A stretch of 64,000 nucleotides of DNA from Candidatus Omnitrophota bacterium (GTDB lineage: Bacteria > Omnitrophota > Gorgyraeia > Duberdicusellales > 4484-171), in the NCBI GenBank assembly GCA_037146775.1, contig JBAWWL010000004.1:86471-150470 (forward strand). The letters are read 5' to 3'. A program made the translations under genes and the position numbers. The notes beneath the pieces are model-generated. The model ran no database searches. It saw only the letters and a program-made list of their open reading frames with translations, and was not told where the DNA came from. This document shows positions 20,946-30,322 of this stretch, one piece after another. Each line of letters starts with the position of its first letter. Within the stretch, counting starts at the first letter, position 1.

Positions 20946-21437
20946 GATCTTGCTGTTTCTTTCGGTTCCGCGTAAAACTCCACTACATTATACGCACTCA
21001 ATAAAAAACGTATCTCGCCAATATTAATCGTGCCTCGTAATCGGCTCATTTTGCGTAAAGAACCTCTCTCTACGCAAATTTTAACGCGAAGGCACTCCAT
21101 GAACGCGGCCACAATATCTAAATTCATCCGCCGAAGACGGATAAATATTATCTTATACTAATATTAATTTATTAGCAACGAATTTATATAAATATGGCCG
21201 CAAAAATGTGCCCTATTCGTTTCCCGCATAAGGAAGAAAACGCTAAAGCTCTCTACGCGGCAGCCGCAAATAGATATTCATGTCTTTGTTTTACGAGAAC
21301 CTTAGTGGAGGTGCTGGCAGGGTCACGTTACGGTATTGAGCGATGCGCTGAATAGCCGGCTTTTCTGGTCCGGATGTGGATAGACAAGTAACGTTACTCT
21401 TAGGATGTACGATGAATTTGCATTCCACTATAGGAGG

Positions 21438-21827
21438 CTATTCTCCTCTTCTTTCTCCTATAATATTAGATATCTCTTCAAAATTAATCTCTTTTCTAGA
21501 ACCATCGTCGCAGCCTGACTTAACTATATAGCGGGAGTTGTTTTGTTCTGCATAAACGATATATTGGCCGTCTTTAGAAAAAATGGCGAATGTTTCTCTA
21601 ATAGACGGGGTACGAGTAATCTGTTTGGTCTCGCGCCCATCCAGCTTTTCCATCCAGATATCATTGTTCTTTTCTACAAGCCTGTATTCGCCGTGAGTAT
21701 CCAAAAGTTCATAGTCTGCTTCCCCGGAAACTATGGAAATAGTTGCATGCTCCGCTAACCCAGACAGACCGCTGATCACTAATAGCAAAAAAACTCTGTG
21801 CTTAAATTTATTGGCTATCCTTTGCAT
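21438..21827 (-). CDS. hypothetical secreted protein
   Basis: N-terminal signal peptide-like hydrophobic segment; no recognisable motifs. Confidence 0.35.
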   Translation of the reverse strand: MQRIANKFKHRVFLLLVISGLSGLAEHATISIVSGEADYELLDTHGEYRLVEKNNDIWMEKLDGRETKQITRTPSIRETFAIFSKDGQYIVYAEQNNSRYIVKSGCDDGSRKEINFEEISNIIGERRGE

Positions 21828-21872
21828 TTTACTACCTCCTATATGCCACGGTCTTTATCTTTGGAACGTATA

Positions 21873-22655
21873 TTATTTGTTTATTTTTTGTTCCCCTTTT
21901 ATATAAATAATGCCCATTCCAAAACCATCTTGTTGGGAATTATTGATCAATTCTGTATATTCGTAATCTTTCTTGATTTCTTGCCAAAACTTCGGCACCC
22001 CTCCGACATTACTATAAGTAGCAACCCCATACCGAGTGCGAAAATCATTGACAATATCGTGAAAAACGATCATACCGCCCGGCCTCACAAGACGAAAATA
22101 GCACAAGAAATCAAGCTTGACACCCTCGTAACTGTGATCGCCATCTATAAATAGAAAATCGATAGAAGACGGAAAAAAATTTTCTACTTGCTTCACTGTC
22201 GAACTCGCGTGAGAATCCGCTTCAAGCAAAATAACGTTATGGCCGGCGGGAATGTGGGCATATATTGTATCTTTGCCGTCAGGAAATTTTATATCAATAC
22301 CTACCATGGTCGCACCTGGCGTGGCTAACTCTGCGAAGCGAAACAGTAATCTACCCCTGGATGTCCCTATTTCTAAAATATTTTTTGGCCGAAGATCCTT
22401 TAACGCCAAGAGCAACCTGTCTATTTCTTCCTTGATTTGATTACCGTATTGTCCGCGGTTTCCATATTGCTGGTATCGCTGGTCCAACCGGAATGCGGCG
22501 GCGGTAGAAAACTTAGAAATAATTCGTTGTGCGTATTGAATATATCTTTTCATGTTGTCCACAAATTTCTTTTTAAACAACTCCTTACTTAGAAAACCAG
22601 GATAATCAATAGCCTTGCCTTGGAAATCCAAGACAAAAAGAGTACTACTTTGCAA
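21873..22655 (-). CDS. class I SAM-dependent methyltransferase (TylF/CmcI-like sugar O-methyltransferase family)
   Basis: LEIGTSRG ... FIDGDHSYEGV motif. Confidence 0.55.
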   Translation of the reverse strand: MQSSTLFVLDFQGKAIDYPGFLSKELFKKKFVDNMKRYIQYAQRIISKFSTAAAFRLDQRYQQYGNRGQYGNQIKEEIDRLLLALKDLRPKNILEIGTSRGRLLFRFAELATPGATMVGIDIKFPDGKDTIYAHIPAGHNVILLEADSHASSTVKQVENFFPSSIDFLFIDGDHSYEGVKLDFLCYFRLVRPGGMIVFHDIVNDFRTRYGVATYSNVGGVPKFWQEIKKDYEYTELINNSQQDGFGMGIIYIKGEQKINK

Positions 22656-22875
22656 GTTTTGGTTTGCCGTCTACGCCCAGCTTCCTCATCAATTTAAAAT
22701 TACCTCGCGCTATCACGCTCATGGATTAACTGTAGGTGAGCAGGAAATGCGTTTTTGAATAACTGCTTTATTGTCCGTGGGCTAAATGATAATAACGCGG
22801 CTGTAAAAACGGATATAATAAAATTATACCCATATTCCAGACACTAATTTTTGTGTAATTATTCCAAATGATAGT

Positions 22876-23865
22876 CTATTCCATTATTCTACATCTATTC
22901 TTTGCCGTTACCGTTAACATACTTTTTATGTATCTGTAAATCGGTTTTATTGAATAATAAAGTTTGGTGCCTAAAAAATTCTTGATCCTATTCTTTATAA
23001 TATGCATTTTTATGACGTCGTAAAATGTCTGTTTTTCTGTTTTAGTGAAAAAATCGTCGACAAAATTATTAAGCACTTTTCGTGTGGATTCCTGGTTGAA
23101 CCACATTGTTTTCATGTGTGAAATAAGCCACTGTCTATCTTGTTCTCCGCTAAATTGATCAAAAAATGCCAAGTGGACATCGCCCCTATCCTTTAATAAT
23201 CTGCATGAACCCATCCACCACAATAAGAATGTGGAACAATCATAATACTGCCCCGAAGTTTTTGCAGTTACTATTTGTTTTTTAGATACATACACCTCTT
23301 TGCTTGATTCATACATATCAACCAAATATGGAAAATGAGGATAACTATTCGCGAGATTGGCATAGGCGGACTCAATATTATTTTGAAACTTTTTGGTTTT
23401 AAATATATTGCATGGCAAAAAACTGCCAAATTTGAAATAATGATAGCCTTTTTCCATTAATTGTTTAGGTGTTAATTTTTCTCCGCCGTGGTTCCAGCCG
23501 GATGGGTGTGCTCCAACATGAATTAGATCTATTGCCCCTTCTTCGATAATTGCCGAAATATCTCCGATATCTTTCGGATCTAAATAATCATCGTCGCACA
23601 AAACCCATGTGTACAAAGATGAGCTCATCTCTATGGCTCTTACACAGTTTGCCCCCGCACCTATATTACATTTATGCGAAACTAAATTAAAATCTGCAAA
23701 ACTTTTCTTAAATTGACCGCACACGGACTCTGTATCATCTGTAGAGCAATTATTAAGCACTGTTATTTTGCAGTCCTTCAATGAGATATCCGTCAATGAA
23801 TTTAAGATATTTTTTAAAAATCCCGATCTATTATAAGTAATAATATATATTTCCAGATTTTTCAT
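22876..23865 (-). CDS. glycosyltransferase family 2
   Basis: N-terminal IYIITYNR...CSTDDT GT-A motif. Confidence 0.65.
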   Translation of the reverse strand: MKNLEIYIITYNRSGFLKNILNSLTDISLKDCKITVLNNCSTDDTESVCGQFKKSFADFNLVSHKCNIGAGANCVRAIEMSSSLYTWVLCDDDYLDPKDIGDISAIIEEGAIDLIHVGAHPSGWNHGGEKLTPKQLMEKGYHYFKFGSFLPCNIFKTKKFQNNIESAYANLANSYPHFPYLVDMYESSKEVYVSKKQIVTAKTSGQYYDCSTFLLWWMGSCRLLKDRGDVHLAFFDQFSGEQDRQWLISHMKTMWFNQESTRKVLNNFVDDFFTKTEKQTFYDVIKMHIIKNRIKNFLGTKLYYSIKPIYRYIKSMLTVTAKNRCRIME

Positions 23866-23915
23866 GTCTACCTTAGGCTAAAATTAGTATAAAGAAACGT
23901 GCCATTTGAAATATT

Positions 23916-25619
23916 TCACTTTATAGGTTCCATATCGGCGATCGAGGATTTAAACTTGATCTTAGGATAAACATTCAAAAAAATAGGTATCTCGACATTA
24001 AGCAGGGTCGGTGATAAAGGATCTCGCCAAAGCCACGCCAAGGCATTTTCTATTTCGGCGCGTTTTTGGATAGTTTTAGCAGCGATATTATACGCTGCTG
24101 ATATTTTTACAAAGTCCGGAGAGGTATATCCTACATGGGTTGCCGAATATCTCTTTGCAAAATATTCGTCTTGGAATTGACGGACCATGCCTAAGCAATG
24201 ATTATTGATAATTATCATTTTTAAAGGCAGGTTATTTCTTCTGACAGTTTCGAGTTCTTGAATATTCAACTGGAAACCCCCATCTCCAGCAATAAGAACT
24301 ACCGGTTTTTTAGGCATCGCGAAAGCCATACCAATAGCTGCGGGTAAGCCAAATCCCGTAGACCCCATCCCGCCGCTCGTCAAGAATCTCTGTTTTTCCT
24401 TAAGCTCAATAGACTGAGCTGCCCACATCTGATGTTGTCCGACATCTACCGCATATCCGACACAGGAACCGCTAAAACGCGAGATTATATGCATAAGCTG
24501 ATTCGGATTGATTTCGCCGCCACCGCAAGAAAGTTCTTTCGTGTCAGGATACTTTTTACGCCACTCCTTGATCTTCAATCTCCACTCATCAATACCGCTT
24601 TTTCTGGTTCCATTAATATTGCGTGTAGCTGAATTGAAAAATATCTTGAGATCGCAACAAAATATCTCACAGCGTTTCACGCGATTATTCAACTGGTTTT
24701 TATCGCAATCAATCTGAAAAATATCTTTATTTTCCCGAAATGCATTGGCATCTGATCCGGTCTGTCTGCTATCCAGACGGCTTCCTAAAACTAATAAACA
24801 ATCTGTCTCCTTGACAGCGAGATTCGCATATCTGTTACCATAAGAGCCTATCATTCCAACCCGGTTCGGATGTCCGTATGGTAAGACGTCCGCACCCATA
24901 AGACTATTAACGACGGGGATGTCGACTTTCTCTATCCACTTGAGAAAAAGATTCCTACTTCGAGAAGCTTGTATGCCACCCCCCACTAAAACCAAGGGTT
25001 TCTTTGATTTTGACAATTTTCTGTACATTTTATGTGTAAATTTTTCAAGAGCTTCGGAAAAATTATTTTTTGATTCTGGCAACTGTACATAGCTTTTTCC
25101 CGTCTCTTTTTGTTGAACATCTATAGGTATATCTATAAGAACTGGCCCTGGCCGGCCTTCCTTTGCCAACCAGAATGCTTTTTCTAGAACCCAAGAAATT
25201 TTACTGGTCTTATCAACCATCCAAGCACCTTTTACGATCGGCTTAACTATCGAAATAATATCCGCCTCCTGGAATCCCTGCTGTCTAACTCCGCTGGAAC
25301 CTTTAAAATCTTTTGTGCTAACCTGACCGGTTATAAAAACTACCGGGGAAGAATCAAAATAACAACTACCGATACCTGTGATAAGGTTTGTAGCTCCAGG
25401 ACCTGACGTTGCCATTGCAACTCCTGGCCGACCGGTCAATCTGGCATAAGCTTCAGCCGCAAAAGCCGCGGCCTGTTCATGATGCATAGAAATAAAGTTG
25501 ATTTTACCATGACGATAAATGGAGTCTACCAGGAAAGCGATCATGCCGCCAGTCATACCAAATATGACTCTTGTATTATTTCGAGAAAAAAAACGAGCCA
25601 GATAATCACTAGCTATCAT
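23916..25619 (-). CDS. thiamine pyrophosphate-dependent enzyme, acetolactate synthase large subunit-like (YerE-like candidate)
   Basis: 567 aa with N-terminal TPP_enzyme_N and C-terminal TPP-binding GDG...N motif (GDGGFQLN...NN). Confidence 0.75.
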   Translation of the reverse strand: MIASDYLARFFSRNNTRVIFGMTGGMIAFLVDSIYRHGKINFISMHHEQAAAFAAEAYARLTGRPGVAMATSGPGATNLITGIGSCYFDSSPVVFITGQVSTKDFKGSSGVRQQGFQEADIISIVKPIVKGAWMVDKTSKISWVLEKAFWLAKEGRPGPVLIDIPIDVQQKETGKSYVQLPESKNNFSEALEKFTHKMYRKLSKSKKPLVLVGGGIQASRSRNLFLKWIEKVDIPVVNSLMGADVLPYGHPNRVGMIGSYGNRYANLAVKETDCLLVLGSRLDSRQTGSDANAFRENKDIFQIDCDKNQLNNRVKRCEIFCCDLKIFFNSATRNINGTRKSGIDEWRLKIKEWRKKYPDTKELSCGGGEINPNQLMHIISRFSGSCVGYAVDVGQHQMWAAQSIELKEKQRFLTSGGMGSTGFGLPAAIGMAFAMPKKPVVLIAGDGGFQLNIQELETVRRNNLPLKMIIINNHCLGMVRQFQDEYFAKRYSATHVGYTSPDFVKISAAYNIAAKTIQKRAEIENALAWLWRDPLSPTLLNVEIPIFLNVYPKIKFKSSIADMEPIK

Positions 25620-25846
25620 ATTCGTAATCCATTTTCAAAATAGAAATTTAACGGTAATTCATTGATAAGCTGCACAAAACCGCAGGCGCAACAATTATAA
25701 ACTTCTAGATTGATTGCGCAGTTAAACTTCAGTTCGCTTTTCTTTAGCAACCGGAAAATATTTCTTGATATATTGAATACGTTAATGCATGGGGTCGGTT
25801 TTTTTTGAACCTCAAAGCCTGTATTCCCTCCGAACCCTATTCTTTC

Positions 25847-26767
25847 TCATGACGCTTTAAACCAATATACCGTCTTTTCTATACCTTCGTTCAATTCCAC
25901 TACAGGGATCCAACCCGAAGCACATTTTATTTTTCTGATATCTGCCTGTGCGTACATTGCCTGGTGCGTGTTATATTCAATAGCGCCATAATTGGGCTGA
26001 AGACGAGGATTTATCAGTTTTCGGAGTCGTTCTACAATCTTTTTTAACTGTGTGGCTTTACCTGAACCAAGATTAAATATCCCGGGAGTTTGATAATAAG
26101 CCACACTTAGAATTCCTTTAGCGGCATCATCGATGTATACATAATCTGCTGATTGTTTACACTTCGTAAGGCTGGGGGGTTTACCTTTAAACATTTCTCG
26201 AATAACATACGGTATCAACCAGTTAGGGTCTTGTCCCGGACCATAGATACCAAATAAGCGTAACCAGGAACCGATCATTCCATAAAACTGGCACAAACCA
26301 AGCCCTGACCAACAACAAGCTAATTTTACTTTCCCATAAACAGTGACTGGATTTGTCGGAAATAATTCATCTGTTTTCCTGTTGGGATCCCCATACTCGG
26401 AGCGTGAACCTATGCCAACCCATTGGCTACATCCTACTTCATGCGCAAATTTGACAGTACTTTGAGTTAAAGGTATATTATCCGTCACTTGGAATAATTG
26501 ATTTCTATCGTCTCCCGCCACTCCATGCCAAGCTAAATGAATTAAGGTTCTTGGTTTATATGCTTTAATTGCGGCGACTAAATTTTTATTTTTAAGTGTT
26601 TCATAGGTAAAAGACCGATATCCCTTAATATCCTTAATTCTATCTAAATTTGAAATAGTTCTTGTTAAAATGATGGGATTATTCCCGTCTTTAATAATCT
26701 GTTTTAACACAGCGGAACCTACAAAGCCGGTTGCCCCAGTTAATACTATCGTTTGTTTTTTTCGCAT
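25847..26767 (-). CDS. NAD-dependent epimerase/dehydratase family (SDR) protein
   Basis: TGATGFVGS Rossmann motif; YxxxK implied. Confidence 0.75.
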   Translation of the reverse strand: MRKKQTIVLTGATGFVGSAVLKQIIKDGNNPIILTRTISNLDRIKDIKGYRSFTYETLKNKNLVAAIKAYKPRTLIHLAWHGVAGDDRNQLFQVTDNIPLTQSTVKFAHEVGCSQWVGIGSRSEYGDPNRKTDELFPTNPVTVYGKVKLACCWSGLGLCQFYGMIGSWLRLFGIYGPGQDPNWLIPYVIREMFKGKPPSLTKCKQSADYVYIDDAAKGILSVAYYQTPGIFNLGSGKATQLKKIVERLRKLINPRLQPNYGAIEYNTHQAMYAQADIRKIKCASGWIPVVELNEGIEKTVYWFKAS

Positions 26768-27277
26768 CTCATATTCGATTTACCATTCTAAAATATTTTT
26801 AAACGACGCAATAACACAGTTTAACATTCCCTTGCTTAGGTTCGAATAAACTACTGCCCAAGCGTTCGGCGTACGCCCTTGTATGGCTCTCTCGGGTTAC
26901 CGACTTTTTTATATTTTACATCTTTATAAGGAGATTTGCATATAAGATTTCTGCCAAAAAGTAAACGGGTACCGATTTTATGGCTATTAAGAAATTGCAT
27001 CAGTCCATGTCAGTTTAAGGGCGACATTTCTTTTTTAACTAATTTATAACTTTCTCTTTCCGAATCACTTAATCTTTTCAGAATCCTTAATATCCTCTCT
27101 CGCCGCTGGCACCGACAATCAACCATGAGTTATAATAATTCCGTTTTCATTGTACCATTTTTAATCTAAACCTCAAACAAAGCTTCCAACGCTTTTTACT
27201 GCAGTAAATGTACTTGCCAAAAGATGTTTTTGGGGAATGGTTAAAGTAAAGATAAGTCGAGAAGATTAGTAAATACT

Positions 27278-27300
27278 CTCCACTGCAAGGTGGGGTTTTT
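27278..27300 (+). terminator. putative rho-independent terminator-like hairpin on the plus strand within a gene-free 800-bp region
   Basis: CTCCAC-TGCAAG-GTGGGG stem-loop followed by TTTTT. Confidence 0.3.
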
Positions 27301-27584
27301 CGAAATAGATTTCAAGAATGGTGGGGGAGAAATTTGTTATGCCTACCTGAGAAAATACTTGGAACAATAAAGACAACGGGTAGTCGTGGACGGCAGGCGA
27401 ACCCTATCCTTCGACTCGCTCCGCTCGCTCAGAACTTCGCAACCTATTAAAAACCGTTACTTATAAAAATTCATCGCAAACACAGCATGGATTGGCAAAC
27501 ATCCTTAGACTGCCCATTAACGATTGATCCTAAAATGCCCCCTCATTTTACTTCTTTTCATTTATTTTTACGGAGCAATAATCT

Positions 27585-28346
27585 CTACTTTTGAGAAATA
27601 ACAAGCGTCTCAAAATCCCCTGTCGTCAGCTTGTCGTTTCTTGAGTACGCCCCGAGCTTGGCGCCGAAAATATCGATTTTTTTATACCCCAGCGTCTTTA
27701 AAAGCCATGTGAGTTCACTTGGCACATAGTAGCGCTCGTTACAGGTTAATTCCTTTTTAGTTCCCGCATCGTCCTCGAACACGACGGTGTTGTGGTCCCG
27801 GAACGTCATTAGATCGAAGGAGCAATTTTTGCAGGCTGAATTGCCTTCTTTGGCCGCGGACTCATAAAATTCTTTGACGGAATGAAAAAGCGGAAATAAC
27901 CCGTTCAATGTCGTGAATATAAACTTGCCCTTATTTTTTAACGCCTTTGTCGCGCTTTTTAATATTTCAAAATTCATCTCATCCGTTTCCATTAAAGAAA
28001 AACCGCCCTCACAGAGCATGATCGCCAGATCGAACTCGCCTTCAAAGGGAAGGTCTCTGGCGTCATGTTTCTGAAAATCAATGTTCAGATCATGTTCTTT
28101 TGCTTTTTCCTTTGCCCTTATAAGCTGTGACTCGGATAAATCAACACCAGTTACGCTATATCCTCTTTTTGTCAATTCGATCGAATGGCGACCAGTGCCA
28201 CAACCGATGTCGATGATCTTTAGCGATTTATCCCGGCTTATTTCCTGCTCGATAAAATCACATTCGCCAACGGTCCCCTGGACAAAACATTCCTTGTCGT
28301 ATTTCTTGGCGTAATTTTCAAATAATGACTCGTACCACTGCTTCAT
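27585..28346 (-). CDS. class I SAM-dependent methyltransferase
   Basis: IIDIGCGTGRHS motif I. Confidence 0.7.
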   Translation of the reverse strand: MKQWYESLFENYAKKYDKECFVQGTVGECDFIEQEISRDKSLKIIDIGCGTGRHSIELTKRGYSVTGVDLSESQLIRAKEKAKEHDLNIDFQKHDARDLPFEGEFDLAIMLCEGGFSLMETDEMNFEILKSATKALKNKGKFIFTTLNGLFPLFHSVKEFYESAAKEGNSACKNCSFDLMTFRDHNTVVFEDDAGTKKELTCNERYYVPSELTWLLKTLGYKKIDIFGAKLGAYSRNDKLTTGDFETLVISQK

Positions 28347-28565
28347 CGCTGACTCCTATTATTTTTAGGGTTCGCGTCCATGACAACTCAGATCAAAACC
28401 GTCACCTGTTCTCGTCGGACGGTTCACCAAAAAATTGGCGGATAGAGATTCTCCGTCATTTTTAGATCAATAGAGCAATAGAAAATAGACCGCAATTGAG
28501 CCTGAAGTCTATAGTTCTATTATCTATTGCTCAATTGCTCTGTTTTTTTACCGAAGGTGAAAAAA

Positions 28566-28641
28566 CGGGGACGAAGGGATTTGAACCCTCGGTCACCTGC
28601 GTGACAGGCAGGGGTCTTGAACCAGGCTAGACGACGTCCCC
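28566..28641 (-). tRNA. tRNA-Asp (GTC)
   Basis: Manual cloverleaf fold; anticodon loop CTGTCAC; T-loop GGTTCAAATCC. Confidence 0.8.
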
Positions 28642-28644
28642 AAT

Positions 28645-28766
28645 ATCAGATGTCAGAGGCCGGAGGTCAGAGATCAGATAGCAATTGTATATGGGATTTG
28701 CTTATTGTCAACATTTTATCTCTTTTATTGTCTAACCTCTGTCTTCTGACGTCTGATTTCTGATTT
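28645..28766. repeat. imperfect 15-bp inverted repeats (ATCAGATGTCAGAGG / CTTCTGACGTCTGAT) flanking an 80-bp AT-rich core
   Basis: Read directly from the sequence; 13/15 complementary. Confidence 0.4.
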
Positions 28767-28770
28767 TAAA

Positions 28771-28791
28771 TGGTGGTCGATACAGGACTTG
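28771..28791. repeat. direct repeat of the 3' terminal 21 nt of tRNA-Val (20/21 identical), 117 bp downstream of the tRNA
   Basis: TGGTGGTCGATACAGGACTTG versus TGGTGGGCGATACAGGACTTG at 28908. Confidence 0.7.
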
Positions 28792-28907
28792 TATGCAATC
28801 TCCGACGTAGTCGGAGCGCCGAAGGCAATTATTGCGTCCAAGTCAACATGTTTTGTAAAAGCAGCTGCTTGTCTTGCTATCACAGATTTTCAAAGAAGCA
28901 AAAATAT

Positions 28908-28983
28908 GGTGGGCGATACAGGACTTGAACCTGTGACCTTTTCCATGTCAAGGAAACGCTCTAGCCAACTGAGCTAATCGCCC
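28908..28983 (-). tRNA. tRNA-Val (GAC), CCA encoded
   Basis: Manual cloverleaf fold; anticodon loop TTGACAT. Confidence 0.8.
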
Positions 28984-29022
28984 AAATACGTTCAACGCCA
29001 AACGTTCGCCGTTGAACGTAAC

Positions 29023-29107
29023 TGCCGGGGGCGGGACTCGAACCCGCACGTCCCTCACGGGACAGCAGATTTTAAGTCTGCATTGTCTGCCATTCCAACA
29101 CCCCGGC
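29023..29107 (-). tRNA. tRNA-Leu (TAA), long variable arm
   Basis: Manual fold; anticodon loop CTTAAAA; T-loop GGTTCGAGTCC. Confidence 0.75.
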
Positions 29108-29292
29108 ACGCACATCAAGGGGAACTTTCCCCTTGACACTACGCTCATGAGTAATTCCAGTGAAGCTAAAATCACTTCGTTGTCACCCCTGTAGCTCAAC
29201 CACAGAAGTGTTTTAGCGGTAACCGCTAAATCTTAATAAAATATTTTGTTTTTCGACTCAATGCTATTCGCCACATGTTATACGCTTTTAAA

Positions 29293-29364
29293 AGGCGTGG
29301 GCCGGATTTGAACCGGCGAATAGCGGTTTTGCAGACCGCTGCCTTGCCACTTGGCTACCACGCC
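29293..29364 (-). tRNA. tRNA-Cys (GCA)
   Basis: Manual fold; anticodon loop CTGCAAA; T-loop GGTTCAAATCC. Confidence 0.8.
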
Positions 29365-29618
29365 ATTATACTCTAAGTTTCTTTATTTTTAAAGAACCGA
29401 GAAGCGGCATAAATTTTACACATGCCTGTAAAGGCGTTTATTATAGCATCTTTTAAAACCTTTTCAAACGCATTTCTTACCTGGGTTCCAGGGAAAATTT
29501 TCCGCCCCGAAAACATTCCTTATTCCTTGTCTTTCGGTCGGAGAACTGGAAAAATCATGAACTCAAAAAATTTTAAGATGGTGGTAATTACTGGTTGGGT
29601 GGGGTGGGTTGGTCCGGT

Positions 29619-29807
29619 TTAAAAAAAGTTTTTTTGTATTCTTTCAAACCTGATGCTTTTCCCGGACGTAGTTACTCTATATTCCGTTCCGCAAGAACAT
29701 ACATACACTGGCCCTTTGTGATACCGTTGTTGTGCGGTAGATTTTATTTCCGCCGTAAAACTTTTACCGCACACCTCGCATCTTTGGGTATTTTCTTCTT
29801 TCTGCAT
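29619..29807 (-). CDS. small zinc-ribbon protein (hypothetical)
   Basis: CxxC ... CxC spacing (CEVCGK ... CSCGTEY); lies between rpoZ and the tRNA array; no clear SD. Confidence 0.3.
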   Translation of the reverse strand: MQKEENTQRCEVCGKSFTAEIKSTAQQRYHKGPVYVCSCGTEYRVTTSGKSIRFERIQKNFF

Positions 29808-30068
29808 CGCAAAACTTATTATTTTTTCCCGATATGGTTTTCGAGTTTTTGACTATACAATATCCCTATTATACCATACTCTTCTTGCTATACGTTGTTT
29901 TCTTGAAAAAGGTATAGATTTTTCTGAAGTATTGAAATGAACCAAAAACCTTCACGAGATTGCCTTGTCGCTGGACGATCTATTGACACATACCACACAC
30001 GGACGGTTCTGGCTAACAATTCTGAACACGTTTAATACCCGCTTATCCTACCTTAACAAAGAAAAGAG

Positions 30069-30272
30069 TTATTTTGCGACGAGTGGCCTTATTCTGCCTT
30101 CGGCAATCTCTCTTAAAGCGTTATCTAATACTTTTTCGCCGGGTTTCTCTATCATTGGCTTATCCCCGTCTGCCAGCTGCAAAGCCCGTTTTGCCACCAA
30201 AAGAGTGAGTTTATAAATAGACCCGTCCGTTACTTTGATGAGTTTTTCCAGAGGGATGTATGTCTCGTTCAT
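30069..30272 (-). CDS. rpoZ: DNA-directed RNA polymerase subunit omega
   Basis: 67 aa; LLVAKRALQL and ALREIAEGRI motifs; canonical gmk-rpoZ synteny. Confidence 0.8.
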   Translation of the reverse strand: MNETYIPLEKLIKVTDGSIYKLTLLVAKRALQLADGDKPMIEKPGEKVLDNALREIAEGRIRPLVAK

Positions 30273-30322
30273 AGGGAAACCTCCTTTAATTTATGTTTCA
30301 GTTGGCACTAACGGCACGTATA

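Noticed and set aside
20912-21127. 71-aa minus-strand ORF upstream of the PglC-like gene
   Set aside because: It overlaps the start of the phosphoglycosyltransferase gene and its presumptive promoter, and has no motifs; probably spurious.
26768-27584. The 800-bp gene-free region considered as tmRNA, RNase P RNA or SRP RNA
   Set aside because: Looked for the tRNA-like 3' end (GGTTCGA.TCC...CCA), the P4 GGAAAGTCCGG motif and the SRP domain IV GGAAGCAGCC motif on both strands and found none. No positive identification was possible without covariance models.
29422-29852. Plus-strand ORFs 29422..29622 and 29595..29852 next to tRNA-Cys
   Set aside because: Low-complexity, hydrophobic and Phe-rich translations, opposite to the orientation of every neighbouring gene, and overlapping the better-supported minus-strand zinc-ribbon ORF.
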